A DNA stretch of 63,942 nt, filler included, from Octopus bimaculoides (taxonomy: Eukaryota): assembly GCF_001194135.2 (NCBI RefSeq). It is 5 parts of 5 records of this genome, joined end to end, with 100 filler letters (N's around TTAATTAATTAA, not from the genome) between each part and the next. Parts side by side here need not be neighbours in the genome. Positions count along the whole stretch, not along the records: positions 48,106 to 59,924 come from NC_068997.1; positions 60,025 to 62,473 come from NW_026408789.1; positions 62,574 to 63,942 come from NC_069004.1; 2 more parts are not named here. The stretch is one strand, 5' to 3'. Below are positions 50,575 to 63,942 of this stretch, piece after piece; the stretch's first letter is position 1, and each line of letters starts with the position of its first letter. The position numbers were made by a program, and so were the translations under genes. The notes beneath the pieces were generated by a model. It saw only the letters and a list, made by a program, of their open reading frames with translations. It searched no databases and was not told the DNA's origin.

Positions 50575-52720
50575 NNNNNNNNNNNNNNNNNNNNNNNNNN
50601 NNNNNNNNNNNNNNNNNNNNNNNNNNNNNNNNNNNNNNNNNNNNNNNNNNNNNNNNNNNNNNNNNNNNNNNNNNNNNNNNNNNNNNNNNNNNNNNNNNNN
50701 NNNNNNNNNNNNNNNNNNNNNNNNNNNNNNNNNNNNNNNNNNNNNNNNNNNNNNNNNNNNNNNNNNNNNNNNNNNNNNNNNNNNNNNNNNNNNNNNNNNN
50801 NNNNNNNNNNNNNNNNNNNNNNNNNNNNNNNNNNNNNNNNNNNNNNNNNNNNNNNNNNNNNNNNNNNNNNNNNNNNNNNNNNNNNNNNNNNNNNNNNNNN
50901 NNNNNNNNNNNNNNNNNNNNNNNNNNNNNNNNNNNNNNNNNNNNNNNNNNNNNNNNNNNNNNNNNNNNNNNNNNNNNNNNNNNNNNNNNNNNNNNNNNNN
51001 NNNNNNNNNNNNNNNNNNNNNNNNNNNNNNNNNNNNNNNNNNNNNNNNNNNNNNNNNNNNNNNNNNNNNNNNNNNNNNNNNNNNNNNNNNNNNNNNNNNN
51101 NNNNNNNNNNNNNNNNNNNNNNNNNNNNNNNNNNNNNNNNNNNNNNNNNNNNNNNNNNNNNNNNNNNNNNNNNNNNNNNNNNNNNNNNNNNNNNNNNNNN
51201 NNNNNNNNNNNNNNNNNNNNNNNNNNNNNNNNNNNNNNNNNNNNNNNNNNNNNNNNNNNNNNNNNNNNNNNNNNNNNNNNNNNNNNNNNNNNNNNNNNNN
51301 NNNNNNNNNNNNNNNNNNNNNNNNNNNNNNNNNNNNNNNNNNNNNNNNNNNNNNNNNNNNNNNNNNNNNNNNNNNNNNNNNNNNNNNNNNNNNNNNNNNN
51401 NNNNNNNNNNNNNNNNNNNNNNNNNNNNNNNNNNNNNNNNNNNNNNNNNNNNNNNNNNNNNNNNNNNNNNTTCTCCAGTTGCATTTGGATGCGTAGCTGC
51501 TAAGGTCATCAACGGAACGGTTTATTGCATTCTGTTTCAGAAAGGGTGTCTGTCTGGTAAGAAGCTTGCTTCCCAACCACATGGTTCCTGGTTCAGTCGC
51601 ACTATGAGGCACGTTGGGAAGGTGTTTTCTGCTGTAGCCACAAGATGACCAAAGCATTGATTGGATCCGAACGAAGGAACCTTCCTATATATGCATATAC
51701 ATACATACATACACACGCACACTCACATATATATGCATACGTATATTCCTATACTGTATACATATACAAAAAATTAGAAGAATGAAATTTAGAATCAGAT
51801 GTCAACACCATCTGTTCTCCTCTGGTGCACAGAGTACTCGATCTATCTCTATATAACTGTGTAGGTTATGTTGGGTCGGGGTGAGATGTGAAGGCAGGTA
51901 AGTGCGGTTATTTCAATACAAAAATCATAATAAAAATCATAATACCTATAAAATACCAAAGAAAGATGTTAAAACAGATACAGTGAGAGAGTGTTGGTTG
52001 CGTTTATGGGATTTTATGGCTGCAGATGGAGTGTATGGCGTGGAAACGTGCGGACTGGATTGGTAGTTTGGTAGACAGTGATAGATATGTGCGGTTGGTA
52101 ATATAGTAATATAAGTTTGGTGTGGGTGGAGCGAATTGTTTGCGTTACATCGGGTGAGACGGAGAATTGGGGAATCTGTGGGGGCTACAGTGCGGCTGGT
52201 GGAGTGACGGTGGTGGTGGTGGTGTTGGAGAGATAAATCTAGGTGAATTGTTAAGATTTTTATAATAAAAAATCTATAAACTTCAAAAGAATCTGTCTTT
52301 TGTCTGTTTGGACATCTGCATTTATACCATATACCAGAGGAGATGGTACATGGTTAGAGAAATAAATATGTGTATGTGCATGCATTTGTATGTATATATA
52401 TGTGTGTATGTGTGTGTGTATACATGAATATGTATATGTATGTATATATTATATTGTATATATGTGTTATATGAATATATGTATTATATATTCATATATA
52501 TATATATATATAATATACATATATGTATGTGAATATATATATATGAATATACATATAGTATATACACATATATATAATAAAGGAGAACATATATACTAAA
52601 TATATAATATAAACGGCTCTTTGGGTGAATATCTTTTACATTAACGGCGGGCCGACCAACGCCTTGTAATTGGAGTTGGTTCCCGGAAAATGAATGATTT
52701 CCGTCATATATATACATATA

Positions 52721-52753
<33 letters not shown>

Positions 52754-53393
52754 NNNNNNNNNNNNNNNNNNNNNNNNNNNNNNNNNNNNNNNNNNNNNNN
52801 NNNNNNNNNNNNNNNNNNNNNNNNNNNNNNNNNNNNNNNNNNNNNNNNNNNNNNNNNNNNNNNNNNNNNNNNNNNNNNNNNNNNNNNNNNNNNNNNNNNN
52901 NNNNNNNNNNNNNNNNNNNNNNNNNNNNNNNNNNNNNNNNNNNNNNNNNNNNNNNNNNNNNNNNNNNNNNNNNNNNNNNNNNNNNNNNNNNNNNNNNNNN
53001 NNNNNNNNNNNNNNNNNNNNNNNNNNNNNNNNNNNNNNNNNNNNNNNNNNNNNNNNNNNNNNNNNNNNNNNNNNNNNNNNNNNNNNNNNNNNNNNNNNNN
53101 NNNNNNNNNNNNNNNNNNNNNNNNNNNNNNNNNNNNNNNNNNNNNNNNNNNNNNNNNNNNNNNNNNNNNNNNNNNNNNNNNNNNNNNNNNNNNNNNNNNN
53201 NNNNNNNNNNNNNNNNNNNNNNNNNNNNNNNNNNNNNNNNNNNNNNNNNNNNNNNNNNNNNNNNNNNNNNNNNNNNNNNNNNNNNNNNNNNNNNNNNNNN
53301 NNNNNNNNNNNNNNNNNNNNNNNNNNNNNNNNNNNNNNNNNNNNNNNNNNNNNNNNNNNNNNNNNNNNNNNNNNNNNNNNNNNNNNNNNNNNN

Positions 53394-53452
<59 letters not shown>

Positions 53453-54615
53453 TCTCTCTCTCTCTCGTAAACGCAAAGTGAGCCGTCCTTAACGGAGACC
53501 TTTTGTACGTTTATGCTTTTAGATTTGGAATCGAGCACTGCTTTTCTGTCGGCTAAGTGTACATAAACACCACAAACGAAGCCATTTGAAGGAGGTCTTT
53601 GTTTTCCGCATCTTATGTATATTGGAGTAAGCTGGAATTATATACGAATTTGTTAATAACAATTTGTAATGACATAAAAATTACCCCAGTTTACTTTGTA
53701 GTTTTCCAATGTCTGTAACATTTGCTAACATAATATTCTCCATACATATATATACGTTTGGTGGAGATTAGTACTGACTGTGGCATCAAAGTTTCGGCCT
53801 AAGGCTGTATTAGGTTAAAATTTGAAAGGGTTAGTTGAATTCCGTTGAATGATACTGACATTGCAATATATGTTGTGATAGCATGGATTATGGACATTTT
53901 TTCGTTGTTGATTAAACTTCGTGAAGTGCTACTGTTTAGAATTTTTTTTCATACATGTAGGACTTTACAATCAGGTGAGTACATTTATGTGTATCATCTT
54001 CAGGTCAGAGGACTTCATAAAAGCAGATAAGAAGGTGATAAGTTNNNNNNNNNNTATATATATATATATATGTCTGTATGCATTGTGGCTATGTCTGTAT
54101 GTATGTATACTTTAACGTCTTTCAATTTATCTTAGGTCTTCTAATACCCGCCATGTTGTGCTTAAATACTTATTAATTATTTAATGACGCCACCAACAAA
54201 GGCTCGGCAAGCAAATTAGTCTAGCCATTACACTTTGTTATTGCTTTAAAGATAGCTATTTTCTGTGTGCTCTCTCCGTTGGCAGAGCAAAGAGATGGTA
54301 CTTGCTTTTTGATGATCGGTACGCGAATCGTGAAATATGTCAGTGCACACATCCCACATACACACTGAAACTATATATACACAACACATATACACAAACA
54401 CACGCCTGTGCATATATATACAAATTTTCTTAATTACTTTCAGATCTCTCATTCTTTCTAGAGATTCAAACCCACACACATATACATACAAGCAAACTTA
54501 TACACGCAATATTAAATACGTATTTACACACTCACACCCTAAATCACTCTCTCTCTCACACACACACGCACACAAACACACACACACACACACACANNNN
54601 NNNNNNACACGCACA

Positions 54616-54651
<36 letters not shown>

Positions 54652-54749
54652 TACACACAGTAACTGACACGTACATGCGCATACACATATAAAATCATGC
54701 ACATATATACATTCATACATACATGCATATATATGTATTTATGTGTATA

Positions 54750-54784
<35 letters not shown>

Positions 54785-56070
54785 NNNNNNNNNNNNNNNN
54801 NNNNNNNNNNNNNNNNNNNNNNNNNNNNNNNNNNNNNNNNNNNNNNNNNNNNNNNNNNNNNNNNNNNNNNNNNNNNNNNNNNNNNNNNNNNNNNNNNNNN
54901 NNNNNNNNNNNNNNNNNNNNNNNNNNNNNNNNNNNNNNNNNNNNNNNNNNNNNNNNNNNNNNNNNNNNNNNNNNNNNNNNNNNNNNNNNNNNNNNNNNNN
55001 NNNNNNNNNNNNNNNNNNNNNNNNNNNNNNNNNNNNNNNNNNNNNNNNNNNNNNNNNNNNNNNNNNNNNNNNNNNNNNNNNNNNNNNNNNNNNNNNNNNN
55101 NNNNNNNNNNNNNNNNNNNNNNNNNNNNNNNNNNNNNNNNNNNNNNNNNNNNNNNNNNNNNNATCTATTGTCACTGTTTCTCACCTATATATATATACAT
55201 GTATATTTAGAAACATATATATATATTGAGAGAGGGAGAGAGTGTGAGAGTGAGTTAGATAATAGACACATACATCATGCATACAGGGATATAGTTTTGT
55301 GCCTATACTCACACAGATACCCATGTATATATTTTGAGTTTAGGTACACACAGAAACAGACACATAAGTACACCTCACACAGATATATACACGCGTATTG
55401 CTAGATATATGAATTACACGTGACTATGCAAATAGGAACGTGGGTAGTAAGATTGATATGAATATTTGAAATTACGTAAATCACGTGTCTAAGAAATTTT
55501 GGTTATTATTAACCAACCCCCAACTTTATTCATGAATAACAGAACAAAAATTGAAGCAAAGCGAAACAATATACTACAGAGTATAATGACTATGATTCAT
55601 ACATGTAATTATTGTAGGTATTGGTTTAGGTGTTAAATAATTAGGAATATATTAGTACATGGATGAAATATGAAATTTAATTGGCTTACTCTAAGTTTTG
55701 ATAACAAAAAATATAAAAAACGCGTGTTAATGTCAATTAGTGTGAAAATATACACCTCGTCATGAACAGGCTCTATTAAGGTACATATAACTGTGTGGTC
55801 TATCTGCTAAAAATATCAAGTTATTTATTCTCAGTTGGTATCTTACTCTCTTTGAACAGAAAATAGATATTTGGTTATTTAGAGAAAAACAGACGACATG
55901 GTCATGTATGGATTTAATAGATCACAATGTCGTAACGTTTTTAGCGGAATTAGGGACAAATATCAACAGCTAGTTGTCTATAAATGCAGTATTATAGAAC
56001 ACTACGTTTCAATTTGAAGTCGTTTAGAATACGTTAAAACTTTCTGTGTGTGCATGTATATATATTTAAT

Positions 56071-56115
<45 letters not shown>

Positions 56116-56127
56116 ATATTTATTTAT

Positions 56128-56165
<38 letters not shown>

Positions 56166-56760
56166 GTATANNNNNNNNNNNNNNNNNNNNNNNNNNNNNN
56201 NNNNNNNNNNNNNNNNNNNNNNNNNNNNNNNNNNNNNNNNNNNNNNNNNNNNNNNNNNNNNNNNNNNNNNNNNNNNNNNNNNNNNNNNNNNNNNNNNNNN
56301 NNNNNNNNNNNNNNNNNNNNNNNNNNNNNNNNNNNNNNNNNNNNNNNNNNNNNNNNNNNNNNNNNNNNNNNNNNNNNNNNNNNNNNNNNNNNNNNNNNNN
56401 NNNNNNNNNNNNNNNNNNNNNNNNNNNNNNNNNNNNNNNNNNNNNNNNNNNNNNNNNNNNNNNNNNNNNNNNNNNNNNNNNNNNNNNNNNNNNNNNNNNN
56501 NNNNNNNNNNNNNNNNNNNNNNNNNNNNNNNNNNNNNNNNNNNNNNNNNNNNNNNNNNNNNNNNNNNNNNNNNNNNNNNNNNNNAATGCTCTGAAATGAA
56601 CAGATCGATAATTTTCAGAAATAGAGTAAATATAGAATTATGAAGAATATTATAATATTCATGTTACAACTGCACTCGGTAACACTACGACAACCGATAT
56701 AATTTTATTCGGTCAAAGATAAAATGAGAGAAATATATATAAAATGCTAAAGAGTATATA

Positions 56761-57157
56761 GGCGCAGGAGTGGCTGTGTGGTAAGTAGCTTGCTTACCAA
56801 CCACATGGTTCCGGGTTCAGTCCCACTGCGTGGCACCTTGGGCAAGTGTCTTCTACTATAGCTTCGGGCTGACCAAGTCTTGTGAGTGGATTTGTTAGAG
56901 GGAAACTGAAAGAAGCCCGTCGTAAAAATGTATATATGTTTGTGTGTCTGTGTTTGTTCCCCCCAACATCGCTTGACAACAGATGGTGGTGTGTTTACGT
57001 CCTTGTAACTTAGCGGTTCGGCTAAAGTGACCGATAGAATAAGTACTAGGCTTCCAAAGAATAAGTCCTGGGGTCGATTTGCTCGAGTAAAGGCGGTGCT
57101 CTAGCATGGCCGCATTCAAATGACTGAAACAAGTAAAAGAGTAAAACAGTAAAGAGT
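56761..57157 (+). mobile_element. SINE family A (full length)
   Basis: ggcgcaggagtggctgtgtgg...ggttcagtccc...ggcggtgctctagcatggccgc...ctgaaacaagtaaaaga. Confidence 0.9.
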
Positions 57158-57537
57158 GTATGCTCTTGTATACTTACTTATTGACATAACTCTATGCAAC
57201 CATATACACAGATACATGGTATGTATGCTTGTACGAACGTACGTATGTTTCTATGAATATATAACGAAACAAATATACCGAAATAATCAAAGCAATATTA
57301 AAATTGCACAAGCAAATTTTTTTACATATTCATTAAAGGAACCTCACCTTCTTGTCCCCTTCTCCCTCCCTACATCTCCATTTGTTTTTAACACACACAG
57401 CCTACATGTACGCGCACACACATACACGTGTGGTTCGTTGTATATGTCTCTATACGCAAGCACAATTGCTTACTGTGTGTTCGTGTGTGCATGGTGCAGT
57501 TGCTTATTATGTGTTCGTGTGTGCGTTGTGCTTGTGC

Positions 57538-57589
<52 letters not shown>

Positions 57590-58467
57590 NNNNNNNNNNN
57601 NNNNNNNNNNNNNNNNNNNNNNNNNNNNNNNNNNNNNNNNNNNNNNNNNNNNNNNNNNNNNNNNNNNNNNNNNNNNNNNNNNNNNNNNNNNNNNNNNNNN
57701 NNNNNNNNNNNNNNNNNNNNNNNNNNNNNNNNNNNNNNNNNNNNNNNNNNNNNNNNNNNNNNNNNNNNNNNNNNNNNNNNNNNNNNNNNNNNNNNNNNNN
57801 NNNNNNNNNNNNNNNNNNNNNNNNNNNNNNNNNNNNNNNNNNNNNNNNNNNNNNNNNNNNNNNNNNNNNNNNNNNNNNNNNNNNNNNNNNNNNNNNNNNN
57901 NNNNNNNNNNNNNNNNNNNNNNNNNNNNNNNNNNNNNNNNNNNNNNNNNNNNNNNNNNNNNNNNNNNNNNNNNNNNNNNNNNNNNNNNNNNNNNNNNNNN
58001 NNNNNNNNNNNNNNNNNNNNNNNNNNNNNNNNNNNNNNNNNNNNNNNNNNNNNNNNNNNNNNNNNNNNNNNNNNNNNNNNNNNNNNNNNNNNNNNNNNNN
58101 NNNNNNNNNNNNNNNNNNNNNNNNNNNNNNNNNNNNNNNNNNNNNNNNNNNNNNNNNNNNNNNNNNNNNNNNNNNNNNNNNNNNNNNNNNNNNNNNNNNN
58201 NNNNNNNNNNNNNNNNNNNNNNNNNNNNNNNNNNNNNNNNNNNNNNNNNNNNNNNNNNNNNNNNNNNNNNNNNNNNNNNNNNNNNNNNNNNNNNNNNNNN
58301 NNNNNNNNNNNNNNNNNNNNNNNNNNNNNNNNNNNNNNNNNNNNNNNNNNNNNNNNNNNNNNNNNNNNNNNNNNNNNNNNNNNNNNNNNNNNNNNNNNNN
58401 NNNNNNNNNNNNNNNNNNNNNNNNNNNNNNNNTATATATATACTCACACATATAAATATATACAGAT

Positions 58468-58504
<37 letters not shown>

Positions 58505-59119
58505 CAGACACACACATAAACACACACACACATAAACACACACACACACACACACATATATATTTATATACACCCACGTACAACATATATCACGTATATA
58601 TGTGTCTGTGCGTGCACACAAATTCAGAATATTCCTCCGTTCATTGAGGAAGAGTTCAAATGATATGAATCATATATTAATTAATGGTATATATCTGAAA
58701 TATTACGGAGAATTGGAATAAAATCGTCTAACGTCTCAGTAAACATTCCGCTTTGCCAAACAACTTGCTAGAAATAGATGTCAAATGATACATTTGCGAC
58801 TCAGTAACTGAATGACTTTTAATGCAGTCTAGATTTATATATGCTACGGCCATAATGCTTTTGATCTTAGCTCTGCTTGATTGCAGCTTCAATCCATCTA
58901 GACAACAACAACAACAACAGCAAAATCAACAACAACAACAACAACAACAACAACGGCAACAAAATCAAAAACAAAATCAGTAGCAATGAAAAATAATAAC
59001 AAACCTACTAAGATAACAATAATAATGACAACAAGAACAAAGCATGCGAGTCCTGTGCGTTTAAGTTTACGAAATATCGTTTAATATATCTTGTCATTTA
59101 TCGTTTATTGTTTGAATCA

Positions 59120-59640
59120 TTGGACAGCGGCCATGCTGGGGCACTGCCTTGAAGAATATTAGTCGAATGAATCGACTCCATTAACTAATATTTGTTTTAG
59201 AACTGGTACTCACCAAATTGCTGCTTTTTTTTTTAATATCGAACCTCTAATTTGCAGGGATGTAAACAACCCAACACCGGTTGTCAATCGGTGGTGGGGA
59301 CAAACATAGTTACATGCAGACACACTATTCAATATATATATACACACGCACACACGCACACACGCATGCACACGCGCGCACACACGCACGCACACACACG
59401 CACGCACACACAACACACACAACACACACACACACATACATATATTAGTAGGACTGTGTATATGTGTATACTTATGTATACCTATACGACAGGCTTCTTT
59501 CAGTTTTCCTCTGCCACATCTACTCACAAGATTTTGGTGGCCAGGGGTGGTTATACGAAATACCTGCTCAAGGTACCACGTAGTGGAATTGAGCCACTTT
59601 CCATGTGGCTGAGAAGCAAAATTCTTACACAACAGCCACG
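59120..59640 (-). mobile_element. SINE family A variant
   Basis: Head near 59640 (cgtggctgttgtgtaagaattttgcttctcagccacatgg). Tail near 59125 (ggcagtgccccagcatggccgc). Confidence 0.75.
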
Positions 59641-59881
59641 CATAAAATACGTAGATACATAAATACATACATATTTGCATATGTGCATATTGTTTGCATT
59701 CATGCAAGCACATATTCATATTTGAACAATGACATGCATAAACATAAGCAAAGAGAACAGTGTAAATATATGCACATAGACACACCTCTGTCTCTTCCTA
59801 TCGAGTATTCTATTTCTCTTGTGTACGAGTGTGCGCTTGTACATATTTATACACAAATACTTGCACACCTCTCTTGTAAAT

Positions 59882-59923
<42 letters not shown>

Positions 59924-60024
59924 TNNNNNNNNNNNNNNNNNNNNNNNNNNNNNNNNNNNNNNNNNNNNTTAATTAATTAANNNNNNNNNNNNNNNNNNNN
60001 NNNNNNNNNNNNNNNNNNNNNNNN

Positions 60025-60085
60025 TCGGTCGATTATCCGTTCGGTTTCAAAGTTCGTGTTACACCGTCCCGCTGACACTCCTAAA
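60025..60085 (+). promoter_or_regulatory. CpG-rich 5'UTR/promoter-proximal region of ZFYVE21
   Basis: CpG-dense segment directly upstream of an aaaATGG start context. The rest of the promoter lies in an N gap. Confidence 0.45.
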
Positions 60086-60208
60086 ATGGCGAATGCTGGC
60101 GACAAGAGGTTAGTGAAGTCCAAGAGTGGACTGAGGATCGTTACCATGAGGGACGACTATGGCAGCCCTTTTCTTATTCCAGAACCGAACTGGGTTCCAG
60201 ACAACGAA
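60086..60208 (+). CDS. ZFYVE21: Zinc finger FYVE domain-containing protein 21, first coding exon
   Basis: MANAGDKRLVKSKSGLRIVTMRDDYGSPFLIPEPNWVPDNE matches the remembered ZFYVE21 N-terminus (KKLVRSPSGLRMV...FGSPF.LEEPQWVPDKE), including the FYVE WxxD motif. Phase-0 donor GAA|gtaggt. Later exons were not found in the window. Confidence 0.9.
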
Positions 60209-60784
60209 GTAGGTCCGCCCTTATCTCTCTCTCTCTCTGTCTCTGTCTTTCTCTCTGTATACACACACATATATATACTCATATATATTTATATATTCAG
60301 GGCTGGTGATGCACACAGGATAAATACATCTCAAAACACGAATATATATATACATAGGTTGTTTGTTAATGATTGGTAGAGGTTGTAGAGTGACTCAAGG
60401 GCCGACAGTTTCGTCCTTTCGCTCTTCAAGTGTAAACATTAGGTTTTCACATCAGGATTGTTTAGAATCGCAATTCCTGGGGAGAGAAAAGGAAATCGAT
60501 GTAAACACGCTTCGCCTCTGATATCCTTGTAAATATCTGTTTGTGTATATATATATATATAGGTGTGTGTGGTTCTTACACTTGTAAATATATATATATA
60601 TATATGTAGATATTTGGACATACTTCTATATACACACACACACACGCATCTATATATATATGTGTGTGTCTGGTTTATTTATGTAGGTATATATTTATAT
60701 ACATCTGACCCTATTAAGCAAGACAGTGATGAGGGTGCAGAACAGTGTCGTCTTCGGTTCCATCCAATCACACATACACACTCA

Positions 60785-60819
<35 letters not shown>

Positions 60820-61870
60820 GCAACACACAATGTCTTCGTTCTTTCTTTCTTTCTTTCATCCAAATCTATTTTTCAATTTACAACAATGAGTTAAAAGGAA
60901 AAATTAAATCTCTTCATTTTGTTCAAATCCTTTTATTCTCCATCTCGTTTCTCTGCTTCTTCTCTCGCTCAAAGTAGCAGCCAAATCTCCCTCAAATCAC
61001 ACCCTACTCTCTGATCTATGTATATATGTATGTATGAGCCAATGAAGGAGGCCTCTACATGGTAGCTAGACCTGCTAGAAATAGCAGCCAAATCTCCCTC
61101 AAATTACACCTTACCTAACTATATATGGTCATACCTCCCTCCCGAATTTGTTTTCTCATAACTTCCTGAAAAACAGATATTTTTCTAACTAGGTTTTCTG
61201 CAAACTACGTCTCAGATGGTGTAGGTTCCGACTATTTCGGTATTTGGGGGAGGGGAAACTTTGCTGTGAGTTGGGAGAGACGGGTTTCAGAAGAATAGTT
61301 TTTAAATGGATTTTTTTCTATAAATGTGCCCCAGAGGACATAACCTACACAAGTGTGTGTGTCCTCCACCTCGACTTTGTTTCCTCATAACTTTCAGAAT
61401 ATGTAAATTACAATTTTATTAGAATTTAATGCGAAAAGATTCTTGTTGATCGCGTTACATATTACAGAGGTGTGTTGTATGTGTGGATGGGCCAACGAGG
61501 GGAACTTCTACATGGTAGCTAGAGTTGCTAGAAGCAGCTGTCAAATTTTCTTCTGAGAAAGACAAGTTCCATGTTATTCGGGTTCGTCGCACAAATGGAA
61601 GGAAAAAGACGAAATGGTGGTGAGTGGCGATGCTTTCCATCACAGCTTATCTGGATCAGGACCGACCTGGGGTTAAACGATAACAACACAGCCTTTCTTT
61701 CCGTCTCCCCCCCCCCTCTTTCTCTTCACGGGACAAAAGCTGACTTTGAAACAACGCCTACCATTTGAAAACGAGGTCGTTCAAACTGCTAGAAATAGCA
61801 GTAAAATCACATCCTTAATAACAGTAGTGTGTGTACACGTATGTATACACAATTGTAATGAAAGAATGCC

Positions 61871-61905
<35 letters not shown>

Positions 61906-63661
61906 ATACATGTGCAAATTATCTGAGAATCCGTAAATGGGGAAAAATTCCGCCAACCTTCGAGAGGGTATATGCGAAGACACACACGCGCACGTGATAT
62001 ATTACTTATAAACAAGTGTCTCTTTCTGTCTACGCACACGCACGTGATGCATCCATACGTGTAGACACGTACAACGAAAACACGGAACTAAGCGGCCACA
62101 CGACATCCTAGAAATAGCAGTCAAATGCTCGTCCGCGAAAAGGGCACGTTTCGTTAATACAGTCTGTGAGAAAAGAAGAAAATCGATTGATTTAACATGG
62201 CTGGAACAGGTTTCGTTATCGATCTGCTCGTAAATGTTTTGCCTTGCCATAAACAATTCCCTTCGTGTACACATAACTTTTCTATTCTAAGCACAAGGCC
62301 CGAAATTTTTTGGGGTGGGGGAATGGTCCAGCCGATTAGATCGACCTCAGTGCGTAACTGGTACTTAATTTAGCGACTCCGCAAGGATGAAAGGCAAAGT
62401 CGACCTCGGCGGAATTTGAACTCAGGACAGATGAAACACCGCTAAGCATTTCGCCCGGCGTGCTACCGTTTCTNNNNNNNNNNNNNNNNNNNNNNNNNNN
62501 NNNNNNNNNNNNNNNNNTTAATTAATTAANNNNNNNNNNNNNNNNNNNNNNNNNNNNNNNNNNNNNNNNNNNNATATATATATATATATATATATACATA
62601 AGGGTACTAGCAGGTAGTACGGGCACGCTAACATGGCAGCCAAAATGACAAAACCACAAAGGTGAAAGCGGGCAAATGGACAAAAGCCCTAAGACCCCTA
62701 TAACAAAGACGAAAATAATCGAAAATTGAAAACGTCTGACATACCCGTATCACCGCGATTTCGAACTTTGAGAAATACCCTTTGGTTATCCTTAGCAACT
62801 CTTAGTGACCCCCAGGGTTGTAGAATTTGTTCATATCAACCGATGTGTGCGATGACCGTTTTAGATTTTAAAAGGTGATCGAAATAAATAAATAGGATAT
62901 AAATATATATGAGGCGGGTTTTTTACGCATGGAAACCGCTGATATTATAAAAAACAATAATATCCTCATATATATTTATGAGAGAACACAAAGAGAAAAA
63001 CATTTGTGGTAATATTTGTGGCAGCACATGATAGTTATATAAAGGAATCAACTGAATAAGCAGATCTCATCCCGGTGTAAAATACTGAAGGACTCATGGC
63101 AGTATAAGTTACAAGAGCATCGGTTGCCCTCGAGCGAAATTGCATCGCCAGTTATAAAACAGTGAATGTCATTGGAAATACTTTCAGATTTGACGTGGTG
63201 GACGTGGTGGACGTAGATAGTTTTCTAGAAATATCTAAAAAAGAGTTCTGATGTGCAAGAAAAGGTTGCTTAAAGCATATCGCTTCCCCATTGTAAATTC
63301 TAGCAGAGCGGGTTTGCGGGTTGGAATCGGTACATTTATAAACAACGTTATTGAATTCGCAATTTCTAATGAAATGGAAGAAAGCGCACGTTTTCTTATC
63401 GTAGGTTATGGGTGGTGCATTGCTAGGTACATCGGATTGCCATGTAAATACATTCCTAACCTCTACTTTTGTTTATCTGCCTTTTCTAGTTTCTAACCTG
63501 CTCAGCGAAGATCTTTCCTAAAACTGACTTTCTACATAAGAATGACCTGCTCTAGATGAAGGGCAAGAAATTTAACAGCAATACCTGATGACAATACCAC
63601 GTTTGCTTTAGTATTTCACAGAAAAGAAAAGTCTTATACATACGCATACGCTCACATACGT

Positions 63662-63850
63662 ATGTATACGAAGGGCCCCTTAAATGAAAATACAGGAGGA
63701 TCAGCTGATTATGATCTCCTTCAACATATTCCCCTTAAAGATTCATATTTATTGCAGCAGTCCCTCAGATTTTCTAAGTCCTGTAAAAGAACTCTGAAAT
63801 TTGGGCCTCCAACTAGCCAATTCTCGATATCCTTAAAGCCACAAACTTCA
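63662..63850. mobile_element. Mariner-like non-autonomous element fragment
   Basis: aaatgaaaatacaggaggatcagctgattatgat...ttcaacatattcccc resembles 49050-49095. It starts tacga.ggg after TA. Confidence 0.5.
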
Positions 63851-63907
63851 TATATATATATATATATACACACACACACGAAGGGGTGCTGCGAACCTAT
63901 ATATACA

Positions 63908-63942
<35 letters not shown>

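Noticed and set aside
50259-51712. ~240-bp direct repeat on both sides of a gap (50259-50500 and 51471-51712)
   Set aside because: Identical sequence flanking an N gap is most likely an unmerged contig overlap. Long reads would be needed to call it a tandem duplication.
51864-54035. Strong isolated splice donors (CAG|gtaagt near 51896, CAG|gtgagt near 53977)
   Set aside because: The implied exons are tiny or contain stops and cannot be linked to a gene model without RNA data.

Overview
This is AT-rich eukaryotic genomic DNA from a gappy draft assembly. The SINE, RTE and Penelope-like repeat content suggests an octopus (coleoid cephalopod); this is an inference from repeat recognition. Most of the window is transposon-derived. 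It holds a near full-length decayed CR1/L2-group LINE (756-4553), many RTE LINE pieces, three tRNA-headed SINE families, Penelope-like element (PLE) fragments with GIY-YIG domains, a Chapaev3-like transposon with a nested ~420-bp palindrome, Gypsy remnants, a Tc1 IR/DR transposon and R4/Dong-like retroelement 3' ends on (AAT)n arrays. Two host genes are visible on the + strand: the first coding exon of ZFYVE21 (60086-60208), and several phase-compatible small exons of an unidentified coiled-coil protein (10406-10501, 10832-10882, 28559-28641). The most interesting items are type I hammerhead-ribozyme-shaped motifs (8614, 10060, 34164, weaker at 38084), a LINE ORF1 combining a Myb/SANT-like helix motif with a CCCH finger, a LINE 3' end matching the tail of a SINE family in the same window, and a sharp CpG-depletion boundary near 29.4-30 kb. 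I found no rRNA, bona fide tRNA gene or CRISPR array. Most ORF-track entries after 28 kb are microsatellite or N-gap artefacts.
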